DNA of 8,509 bases from a virus (lineage: Duplodnaviria; Heunggongvirae; Uroviricota; Caudoviricetes), in the IMG/VR virus record IMGVR_UViG_648276669_000009; one strand, written 5' to 3'. Shown here in pieces: positions 1-7,108 of this stretch. The notes under the pieces were generated by a model that saw only the letters and a program-made list of their open reading frames with translations, searched no databases and was not told the DNA's origin. Made by a program: the position numbers and the translations under genes. Each line of letters starts with the position of its first letter. Positions within the stretch are counted from its first letter, which is position 1.

Positions 1-1053
1 ATGACGTTACCACTAAGAGATTACTATCCTATTGAGCGCGCGGCAAAGTTATTAGACTGCGATATTGATGATCTTATTCATTGGGCTGTGACAGGCTGCA
101 TTCGTATTTGTATAAAAATTGAATCTGCATATGGAGTATTAAATATCCCAGATGAAAAAGATGTGGTTAATTTCGATTGTCTGCGTAAGTTTATGGATTC
201 AGAACCATGTAAATCACGGTTATCTGACCTTGATGCCATTTCAGAAAGGGCGGCAGAACACCATGGTTTTAATTATATAAAAACCAAGTCGAGAATTATA
301 TTTGATTCAATGTGCGAATCTCTAAGCCATTCATATGTAGCGCCCAAATTTGGTGACATAGCAATTGATACTGCATTTGCTTTGTTAAATTATTATAACA
401 GGGGGTTATATTATGGGGAAAATTATCACATATATAGTGTATATCGAATAGCAACGGATGAAAGAGCTGTGGCAGTTGTACCACCAGTATTTAAAGGTAT
501 TCAAGAAAAATACCATAAGTATTTCGTTGAAATAGGCGGTATTTTCGCTTTGGGGGGAAGTTTTTTTGCCAACTATGATTTTAATAAGAAGTTTAAAGCC
601 AACCGAATAATTAATAGCAATATTATAATTGCTTCTGACGTTGATATACATATAGGAGTAATTGTTACTGAGGATGTTTCTTTTGATATTGGTGATTTAT
701 ATATCTTAAAGAATGATTTTTTAAAAATACAAAATGCTACAAACTCCAATAGCGAGTTAAGAAAAGATTATGTTAGTCCATTGGCAGATACTTTATATTT
801 GTGTGCGGGTAACAATATATTAAGTTCTGAGGATGGAGAGAAAGATATATGCACCAATAAAAACAATATAGAACGATTATCTAAAACAATGAAGGATTTT
901 TTTCGTGCGATGCTTGTTATTCATTATAAAGAACTCGAAAACAATCCGGTAAAACTTGCTGATATATTGACCGCGGAAGCAAGAGAGGCAGGACTCAATA
1001 TGCGCTTTGATAAAAGTACTATATCAAGATGGATTAAGGCATCATCTCAGTAA
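1..1053 (+). CDS. Hypothetical protein, AT-rich, HTH-like motifs at both termini; possible regulator or accessory (cargo) protein
   Basis: Uninterrupted 350-codon ORF starting with ATG at position 1, so the upstream RBS cannot be seen and the ORF may extend upstream. GC is about 35 percent by eye, against about 50 percent for the neighbouring genes. N-terminal segment PIERAAKLLDCDIDDLIHWAVTG resembles excisionase/AlpA/MerR-type HTH; C-terminal LADILTAEAREAGLNMRFDKSTISRWIK resembles a classic HTH. No catalytic motif recognised. Confidence 0.55.
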   Translation: MTLPLRDYYPIERAAKLLDCDIDDLIHWAVTGCIRICIKIESAYGVLNIPDEKDVVNFDCLRKFMDSEPCKSRLSDLDAISERAAEHHGFNYIKTKSRIIFDSMCESLSHSYVAPKFGDIAIDTAFALLNYYNRGLYYGENYHIYSVYRIATDERAVAVVPPVFKGIQEKYHKYFVEIGGIFALGGSFFANYDFNKKFKANRIINSNIIIASDVDIHIGVIVTEDVSFDIGDLYILKNDFLKIQNATNSNSELRKDYVSPLADTLYLCAGNNILSSEDGEKDICTNKNNIERLSKTMKDFFRAMLVIHYKELENNPVKLADILTAEAREAGLNMRFDKSTISRWIKASSQ

Positions 1054-1148
1054 GACCAGCAAGCATCTTAATAAGACCTTTAATACTTGCTTTCAAAACT
1101 CCGTAAAACAAAAATCTCCCCCGAAAGTTTAGAAACATAGGGGGAAAT

Positions 1149-1469
1149 ATGACTCAATCCGCATTCATTCCACCAACTCCAGAACAGCGCCGCACCATAC
1201 TCGCCGAGTATGGTTTTGACTGCGAAGAACGCATCAGGGAAGAGAAGTGTAAAAAGATGACCACGCTTTCACGCTCCCGGCGCTGGGAACTGGAGAAGAT
1301 CGGTGCTTTTCCTCCCCGTCACTCTTTGGGGCGTTGCTCATGTACCTGGCTGTTAAGTGATGTTTTATGGTGGCTGCGTAATCCGCCAGTTATTGCCAAA
1401 GTGAATAACCCATACGAAAACGCCAAAAAGAAAAGGGAGAGGGAATCCGGTAGCGCCAGAGTTGAATAA
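1149..1469 (+). CDS. AlpA/Vis-family phage transcriptional regulator (excisionase-like winged HTH)
   Basis: 106-aa ORF with RBS GGGGGA about 7 nt upstream of the ATG. The segment TTLSRSRRWELEKIGAFPP...TWLLSDVLWWL matches the AlpA-type pattern of a helix followed by a conserved Trp-containing wing. Position upstream of an icd-like gene and primase is as in P4-like elements. An internal Met (MTTLS...) could be the true start. Confidence 0.65.
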   Translation: MTQSAFIPPTPEQRRTILAEYGFDCEERIREEKCKKMTTLSRSRRWELEKIGAFPPRHSLGRCSCTWLLSDVLWWLRNPPVIAKVNNPYENAKKKRERESGSARVE

Positions 1470-1579
1470 GCGTTGGTGGTTTATTGCGTCCATCACTGGG
1501 TGGCAAAACTTACTGATCTGAACGTATTGCTACATGTGGGGGAAGGAGGCCAAGTACTGACAGCAGAGCAAAAAAAGAA

Positions 1580-1599
1580 GCTCGCTAAAGCTAGCGAGC
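1580..1599 (+). other. Perfect 8-bp stem / 4-nt loop hairpin (GCTCGCTA-AAGC-TAGCGAGC) in the alpA-icd intergenic region; candidate RNA structural element
   Basis: Read directly from the sequence. No U-tract follows, so it is not a canonical intrinsic terminator. Confidence 0.4.
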
Positions 1600-2015
1600 C
1601 AACCAGTCAAGGATGTGCATTTAGTGCACCTGAAACCAACAATAAGAAACAATAGGCAGGAATGATTATGGCTTTTTTACTCTTTAAAATCAATCACTCA
1701 GCGAAAGTGAGCAAAAATAATTTGCAATATTGCTTGACTCGCTTTTTTGTCATGGCGTATCGTTTGCCCGCACCTCATAAAGCGGGTGCCGGGTTTAGCA
1801 GCCTGAACAATCAAGCGGGTAGCCGCTATATTTCCGTAATGCGGTTTTTTTGTGCCCGTAATTCCACCCTACCCCGTATTATGGCGGGGCGTAATGGGGG
1901 AGCCTTTGCGCTCGCTGGTTCCTTGATTGCCAGTCTGCTAACCCTGTTACGTCCCGCCACCATGTTTAGCAGCGTGCTGGCGAGACTCCGTAAACTTAAT
2001 CAAGGAGCCGCCAAA

Positions 2016-2189
2016 ATGGCTATATCAACACGCCCTGATTTTATCTGGCGCTTTATGCAGTGCCACGGTAAAAATATTCGCCTTCATACCGTTACCGCAG
2101 CCAGTGAGCGCGAAGCGCGCGCCATGCTTCCGGCATCCCGTCTGGTCTTTGTTGCCCGTATCCGTGTCCGGGAGGCGTGCCATGTTTAA
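2016..2189 (+). CDS. Icd-like / Kil-like small protein (host cell division inhibitor family of P1/P4-type immunity regions)
   Basis: 57-aa ORF MAISTRPDFIWRFMQCHGKNIRLHTVTAASEREARAMLPASRLVFVARIRVREACHV with SD AAGGAG 7 nt upstream of ATG 2016. The IWRF...SEREAR...LP...ARI pattern matches my recollection of Icd-like proteins. The 6-frame ORF 1662..2189 is probably coding only from this internal start. Confidence 0.55.
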   Translation: MAISTRPDFIWRFMQCHGKNIRLHTVTAASEREARAMLPASRLVFVARIRVREACHV

Positions 2190-2364
2190 GCTCCTTATCA
2201 CCCTGATTAACTACCAGAACGGCGACGTTCGCCAGATGATTCATTCCTGGGAATATCCGACTTATGACGATGCATGGCGTGATGCCTGTCGTATGGCATA
2301 TTCCCGCAATGACAAACAGGGGCGATTAACCCACAAATGCGCAGTAAAAATCATGGAGGGGTAA
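2182..2364 (+). CDS. Hypothetical small protein (60 aa), translationally coupled to the icd-like gene
   Basis: ATG at 2182 preceded by GGAGG (2172-2176); start overlaps the upstream stop (ATGTTTAA). Product MFKLLITLINYQNGDVRQMIHSWEYPTYDDAWRDACRMAYSRNDKQGRLTHKCAVKIMEG. Function unknown. Confidence 0.5.
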   Translation: MFKLLITLINYQNGDVRQMIHSWEYPTYDDAWRDACRMAYSRNDKQGRLTHKCAVKIMEG

Positions 2365-2366
2365 CG

Positions 2367-2555
2367 ATGTACGAGATTCATATTAAATTGCGTAATGTGG
2401 TAACAGGAGAGGAAGAAAACTTCCACACGATACGTAAATATAAATCAAAAGGAAAAGCGACAAGGGACGCTATCAGGTATACGGAAGAAATTGCGCCGAA
2501 ATATCAATTGCCAGAAGAAGAACTCACAGCATCAGTGGTAAAGGTGAAGAAATGA
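2367..2555 (+). CDS. Hypothetical small protein (62 aa)
   Basis: ATG at 2367 with SD GGAGGGG 5 nt upstream, 2 nt after the previous stop. Lys/Glu-rich product MYEIHIKLRNVVTGEEENFHTIRKYKSKGKATRDAIRYTEEIAPKYQLPEEELTASVVKVKK. Confidence 0.5.
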   Translation: MYEIHIKLRNVVTGEEENFHTIRKYKSKGKATRDAIRYTEEIAPKYQLPEEELTASVVKVKK

Positions 2556-2770
2556 AAAGCCGTTCAATATCCCGTAAAAATAATGGCAGTGGTGAAAAAC
2601 GTTTCTTTGTGCTGGGTTATGCCGTTAATAAGCGCGGGTTAACCAAACATGCACATGCAACGGTATACGGAACAGGGCCGGGCGAAGCTATCCGTCGCGC
2701 AGCCGAAGGGCTGGAAGAGCTGGGAATGACACATTTCAGAGCGTTGAAGGTGACGCAACTTTCCGCCTGA
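2552..2770 (+). CDS. Hypothetical small protein (72 aa)
   Basis: ATGA start/stop overlap with the preceding ORF and a purine-rich SD-like stretch AAGGTGAAG upstream. Product MKSRSISRKNNGSGEKRFFVLGYAVNKRGLTKHAHATVYGTGPGEAIRRAAEGLEELGMTHFRALKVTQLSA. Confidence 0.5.
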   Translation: MKSRSISRKNNGSGEKRFFVLGYAVNKRGLTKHAHATVYGTGPGEAIRRAAEGLEELGMTHFRALKVTQLSA

Positions 2771-2837
2771 TTCCCGAATTATCCACTGATAACTGAATTA
2801 AATTTATATTTCGATCTTAACGGGTCGGGGAGTTTTT

Positions 2838-3137
2838 ATGTCTGAAAAACAGAATATCCGCAATATATACAAAAAAGAATACGCTGGTTTTTTCACGGAA
2901 GATTCCATTGAGAATCTTGAAGATGTAATAAATGTTATTGCGCTCCTTTCAGCATTGACAGGTGAAATTAATACCAGTGAGAGAATGCCAGTGCAAATTA
3001 ATGAAATGGAATCATTAACTAACATTCTTTATCGGGAATTACGAGCGATTAAGTCAGGAATGCATACTTCTGGCGGAATTTTTTCATGGCATAGTGCCGA
3101 AACCGCCGGGATTGCCAAAGCAATAAGTAACGAGTAA
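2838..3137 (+). CDS. Hypothetical protein (99 aa), AT-rich, possible moron / accessory gene
   Basis: ATG 2838 with SD GGGGAG about 6 nt upstream, after a 67-bp AT-rich intergenic gap. Visibly lower GC than the flanking genes. No recognisable motif. Confidence 0.5.
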   Translation: MSEKQNIRNIYKKEYAGFFTEDSIENLEDVINVIALLSALTGEINTSERMPVQINEMESLTNILYRELRAIKSGMHTSGGIFSWHSAETAGIAKAISNE

Positions 3138-3147
3138 TTAATAAAAA

Positions 3148-3172
3148 CCCCACTGCAAAAGGTGCAGTGGGG
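3148..3172 (+). terminator. Stem-loop (10-bp stem CCCCACTGCA / TGCAGTGGGG, 5-nt loop) with a short downstream T-tract; putative terminator or attenuator just upstream of the primase start
   Basis: Perfect inverted repeat read from the sequence. The 3-prime arm overlaps the primase SD region (GGTGGAG 3171-3177), which suggests control of primase expression. Confidence 0.4.
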
Positions 3173-3185
3173 TGGAGTTTTATAT

Positions 3186-5855
3186 ATGAAATCTGACATC
3201 AGAAAAGAGATTATTAACCGTCTTATCCGTGATTACAACTTCAAAGAAGAAAATAACTACCTCCGGTATGGTGTTTGTCCGCAATGTGGAAAGAAAGAGT
3301 TGTTTACCAGCCTTGAAAGGCCGTACATCGTACACTGCGGGCGTGAAAATAAATGCGGTGCAGACCTGCTGACCAAAGAACTTTACCCGGATGTGTTTTC
3401 ATCATGGTCAGATCGCTATATCAGCACGAAAGACGAGCCATATGCAGCGGCGGCAGCTTACCTTCAGGAGGCGCGCAATATTGCTGTGGAGCCGCTGAAG
3501 GGGGCATTTACTCAGGAGCGATACCAGGACAAGGAAAACGGCGAACAGGCCGCTACTGTGCGTTTTACGCTGGCTGACGGCGTGTGGTGGGAGCGCATCA
3601 TAGACCGACCGGAACGCTTCGCTCGCAAGGCGAATTTTTCCGGCAGCTACAAGGGGTTGTGGTGGGCTTATCCGGGAGCGGATTTAAGCAAGGCCAAAGA
3701 AATCTGGATTTGTGAGGGTATCTTTGATGCCATCAGCCTTAACCAGAATGGCATTGCGGCCGTTTCTGTCATGTCTGCCGTAAACTACCCGGATAAGGCG
3801 CTGGAAGAACTGGCGAAGCTGTGCGGTGATACCCCCCGTCCGGTTATCGTGTGGGCGCTGGATAACGGGCGTGCGGGTGAGCGTTACGCGAAAAAACATG
3901 CAGAACGCAGCGCCGAAGACGGCTGGAGAACGGCAGCGGCGTTACCGGGCGAAAACAACAATAAACGCGACTGGAATGATTTACACATCGCCGGAAAGCT
4001 GCGTGGCCATGATGTGAAAAGATACCGTTATTACGGTGATTTATTGTTGGCGAAATCTCCGAGAGATAAGGCACTAATAATGTTTTCCTTTCGTGAGCGA
4101 AAGGAATTTCATTTTCCCTTTGATAACCGTATTTTCTGGTTCAAGCTGGATATTGAGCGCCATATGAAGGCTGTTGAGCGTGTCATTAATGAGCGAAATG
4201 TTGACGAAGATGAAGCGCGCAAAATTGCACTCAAGGAATCCGGCGCTGTAAAAGAAATCGCAAACTGTAACCCAGTGCCGCTTTATTACATTCGAAACAA
4301 TGATACGGATGAAGCATGGTATTACTTCCGCATTACATTCCCGGATGGTGCTACGGTGAAAAACACCTTTACATCAGGGCAATTAACATCCGCATCTGAA
4401 TTTAAAAAACGTCTGTTGCACGTAGCAAAAGGCGGCATTTATACCGGAACGACTACGCAACTTGACGCATTAATAAAAAATGACCTTCCCGCAATAAAAG
4501 AGGTTATTGGTCAGGATTTTATCGGATACAACAAGGCCATTGGGGCATGGCTGTTTAATGATATTGCTGTTTACAAGGGTAAAACTTATGAAATCAATGA
4601 CGAAGATTATTTTGAAATTGATGGCATAAACGCAAAACCATTAAGCGAAAAACCCACATTACAGATTAACTACAAAAAACCGGATGAATTTACAACGTCA
4701 TGGGTGGAAGATCTCTGGCTGGCTTTTGGCGAAAAGGGAATTATTACCCTGGCTTTCTGGCTGGGTTCGCTGTTCAGTGAACAAATCCGGGATAAAGAAG
4801 AATCCTTCCCCTTCCTTGAAGTCACCGGGGAGCCCGGAACGGGTAAATCAACATTGATTGATTTTTGCTGGCGGCTGTGCGGTCGTGACAACTATGAAGG
4901 CGTAGATCCAACCAAAGGATCAGAGGCGGGCTGGAAGCGCACCTTTGGACAGGTCGCCGGATTACCTGTTGTTCTGATTGAAGCAGACCGGGGAGACAAT
5001 GCGCAAAAAAGAGGTGCGTTTGACTTCGATAACCTGAAAAGCCTCTATAACGGTGGCGGTATCGGTGTTCGTGGGGTTAAGGCCAACAATAACAACACCT
5101 ATGACCCGGATTTTAAGGGCGCTATCGTGATTGCGCAGAATGCGCGGGTAAATGCCTCGCCGGCAATTATTGAGCGCCTGATACGCATATACACCGATAA
5201 AAAACGCCATTCACCTGATACCCGACTGGCGGCGAGACGGCTGGAACTCTACCCCGTCGAGAAGGTATCGGGGTTTATTCACCGGGCGGTAAGTCAGGAA
5301 CGGGCGATTATGCAAACGTTCCTGGAAGTATCGCCCTCTGAAACGGAACGCCTTTGCGGATGCGAAAATATTCGCCATCCCCGTATTGCCAAAAATCACG
5401 CGCAACTTATCGCGCTGGTCAGGGCGCTGAAATGCGTTATCGATATCCCGGATGAATGGCTTGATGCCACATGTCTGGAACTGGAACAAATGGCAACGGC
5501 GCAGGTTAAAGCGGCGGCGGCTGACTTGCCAGAAGTGATGGAGTTCTGGGAGGCGTTCGACTTCCTGGACGGCATAACAAAATACGGTGTAAACCATTAC
5601 GGCAAGGGATGCCGCGAAGGGATTGCTATCAGTATTCCGCAACTGGCACAGGCTGCCGCCATTCACCGCGTGGAGATCCGAACCGATCGCGAAATGATTG
5701 AGTTGCTCGGAGCCGGACGTTCCCGACCTTTGACAGGCCGCAAAACCATTCGTAGTGAGGTGTCCAGACAGGCAAACGCCGGAAAAGGAGTAGCCGAAGC
5801 CAGAGAACCAGAAGTACTGAAATGCAGGATATTCAGTTACAAGGAGGGGGCTTAA
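3186..5855 (+). CDS. Replicative primase-helicase, P4 alpha-like (zinc ribbon + TOPRIM primase + D5/SF3-type P-loop NTPase)
   Basis: 889-aa ORF. N-terminal Cys4 zinc ribbon (CPQCGKK...HCGRENKCG), TOPRIM-like motifs (ICEGIFDAISL; LDNGRAGERY) and Walker A GEPGTGKST. ATG 3186 with SD GGTGGAG upstream is preferred over the GTG at 3162 used by the ORF track. The stop overlaps the integrase RBS. Confidence 0.85.
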   Translation: MKSDIRKEIINRLIRDYNFKEENNYLRYGVCPQCGKKELFTSLERPYIVHCGRENKCGADLLTKELYPDVFSSWSDRYISTKDEPYAAAAAYLQEARNIAVEPLKGAFTQERYQDKENGEQAATVRFTLADGVWWERIIDRPERFARKANFSGSYKGLWWAYPGADLSKAKEIWICEGIFDAISLNQNGIAAVSVMSAVNYPDKALEELAKLCGDTPRPVIVWALDNGRAGERYAKKHAERSAEDGWRTAAALPGENNNKRDWNDLHIAGKLRGHDVKRYRYYGDLLLAKSPRDKALIMFSFRERKEFHFPFDNRIFWFKLDIERHMKAVERVINERNVDEDEARKIALKESGAVKEIANCNPVPLYYIRNNDTDEAWYYFRITFPDGATVKNTFTSGQLTSASEFKKRLLHVAKGGIYTGTTTQLDALIKNDLPAIKEVIGQDFIGYNKAIGAWLFNDIAVYKGKTYEINDEDYFEIDGINAKPLSEKPTLQINYKKPDEFTTSWVEDLWLAFGEKGIITLAFWLGSLFSEQIRDKEESFPFLEVTGEPGTGKSTLIDFCWRLCGRDNYEGVDPTKGSEAGWKRTFGQVAGLPVVLIEADRGDNAQKRGAFDFDNLKSLYNGGGIGVRGVKANNNNTYDPDFKGAIVIAQNARVNASPAIIERLIRIYTDKKRHSPDTRLAARRLELYPVEKVSGFIHRAVSQERAIMQTFLEVSPSETERLCGCENIRHPRIAKNHAQLIALVRALKCVIDIPDEWLDATCLELEQMATAQVKAAAADLPEVMEFWEAFDFLDGITKYGVNHYGKGCREGIAISIPQLAQAAAIHRVEIRTDREMIELLGAGRSRPLTGRKTIRSEVSRQANAGKGVAEAREPEVLKCRIFSYKEGA

Positions 5856-5857
5856 AC

Positions 5858-6861
5858 ATGTCGATCAGAAAACTGGATGATGGGCGATGGTTGCTCGATA
5901 TCAGGCCATGCGGACGTAAAGGAAAGCGCGTCAGAAGAATATTTGACAGAAAATCGATAGCTGTAGCAACTGAACGGTACATCATAGCGAACGCCGAAAA
6001 ACGCGAGTTTATACAGGGCTACCGCGACCGGAGAACCCTCAGCGATTTACTGGAGTTGTGGTGGGTTTATCACGGTCAGCACAGGCGAAAGGCAGGCACA
6101 GATAAACAGCAGCTTGGCAAAATCATTAATGAGCTTGGAGCTGACATGTTTGCGGTAGAGCTCGACAAATTAAAAATCATTGCATGGCGATCGCAGAAAA
6201 TTGCGGAAGGGCTAAAGCCGTCCTCAGCAAACAGATATATGAACAGATTATCTGGGATGTTTACAGCCCTGAAAAAGATCGGTTTGTGGGATGCAGAACA
6301 TCCTGTTCACGGTATTCCTGTTCTTTACGTAAGGCAGCGGGAGATGGCCTTTTTATCAAAAAACGAGGTCACATTGTTGCTTGACAGACTGAATGGAGAT
6401 CAACGAAGGGTTGCGCTCTTATGTCTTTGCACCGGAGCTCGCTGGAGTGAAGCCAGCAGATTACACGGAGAGCAAATAGTTCATAACAGAATCACGTTTC
6501 TGGAAACCAAAAACGGTAGAAAAAGAACGGTGCCTGTGTCGCAGGAAATATGTGCTGCCGTAAAAACAAAAGAAACCGGGCGACTGTTTGATGTGAAGTA
6601 CAGAGAGTTTTGCCGGGCATTAAAAAAATAAAACCCGATTTACCGAGGGGGCAGGCTGCGCATGTATTGCGGCATACATTCGCCAGTCACTTTGTGATGA
6701 ACGGTGGCAACATTCTTGCGCTACAAAAAATCCTTGGGCATGCGACAATTCAGCAGACTATGGCATACGCACATTTTGCACCGGATTATCTGGCAGATGC
6801 CATGAGATTTAACCCGGTAGCCAACATAGTGATCACCGAAGAAAAAGAGCCAGCAGAGTAA
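5858..6861 (+). pseudogene. int: Tyrosine recombinase / integrase, phage P2 Int-like, interrupted by a -1 frameshift in an A7 run (reading frame switches at about 6622-6631)
   Basis: ATG 5858 with SD AAGGAGGGGG upstream. N-terminus MSIRKLDDGRWLLDIRPCGRKGKRVRRIF is colinear with P2 Int as I recall it. Box I TGARWSEASRL lies in the first frame; the HxxR motif (HVLRHTFASHF) and catalytic Tyr region (TMAYAHFAPDYL) lie in the -1 frame (6610..6861). The first frame ends at TAA 6629-6631. Joining the frames at the A-run gives ...RALKKIKPDLP..., with the same spacing as the P2 Int junction. Confidence 0.8.
6622..6631 (+). other. A_AAA_AAA slippery heptamer immediately followed by an in-frame TAA; site of the integrase frame change
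   Basis: Codons TTA AAA AAA TAA in the zero frame. A -1 shift reads ATA AAA CCC (I K P) and continues into the catalytic domain. Could be a 1-nt deletion from an ancestral A8, a homopolymer sequencing error, or programmed slippage. Confidence 0.6.
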
Positions 6862-6890
6862 CCCGCAGAACGCTACATTCACAGCAAAAG

Positions 6891-6918
6891 AGGTCAGTTT
6901 CCCGCTGACCTTTTTTGT
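6891..6918 (+). terminator. Rho-independent terminator downstream of the integrase
   Basis: Stem AGGTCAG (6891-6897) / CTGACCT (6905-6911) with a 7-nt loop, followed by TTTTTTGTT. Lies 30 nt after the integrase stop. Confidence 0.6.
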
Positions 6919-7108
6919 TGGCCAGAACCAACGGTAACAGCAATGCAATGGTGGCCATATTGCAGTGGTGCCGCCATCAATTTTTTGCTCCCCTGATTAT
7001 CAGAAAGAGTCAAATAGTGGTGAGATACATTTTAATTACAGAGAGTTAATGAAAGTGAGATAGAGTGAGTGAGTTTAATTAACATTTTAAAGGGTCGCGC
7101 TAAAGTTT

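Noticed and set aside
296-651. Two minus-strand ORFs (62 and 81 aa) inside the 350-aa gene
   Set aside because: Antisense to a longer, better-supported ORF in AT-rich DNA, where spurious ORFs are common. No RBS.
1473-1655. 60-aa ORF between alpA and the icd-like gene
   Set aside because: Starts at a non-ATG codon with no RBS and is low-complexity and Lys-rich. The strong GGAAGGAGG at about 1549-1557 is not followed by a start codon. Treated as part of the candidate RNA/regulatory region.
1662-2015. Upstream two-thirds of the 175-aa six-frame ORF 1662..2189
   Set aside because: No SD before the first ATG, repeat-rich sequence, and odd amino-acid composition. A strong SD precedes the internal ATG at 2016, which yields an Icd-like 57-aa protein. 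The upstream part is more plausibly non-coding RNA or regulatory.
2804-3025. Minus-strand 73-aa ORF overlapping the 99-aa gene
   Set aside because: Antisense shadow ORF with no RBS. The plus-strand ORF has an SD and sensible context.
3353-5666. Several internal or antisense ORFs within the primase gene (for example 3353..3577 +, 3684..3899 -, 3844..4074 -, 4670..4891 -, 4962..5210 -, 5211..5666 -)
   Set aside because: All are embedded in the primase coding region, which has clear conserved motifs in its own frame. They have Arg/Pro-rich compositions typical of off-frame translation.
6184-6384. 66-aa plus-strand ORF inside the integrase region
   Set aside because: Off-frame internal ORF within the integrase N-terminal segment.
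6610-6861. 83-aa ORF called as a separate gene
   Set aside because: It is the catalytic C-terminus of the integrase in the -1 frame, not an independent gene. It has no start or RBS of its own; the ORF-track M is a TTG.
6721-6948. Minus-strand 75-aa ORF overlapping the integrase C-terminus and terminator
   Set aside because: Antisense to the conserved integrase catalytic region and runs through the terminator hairpin.
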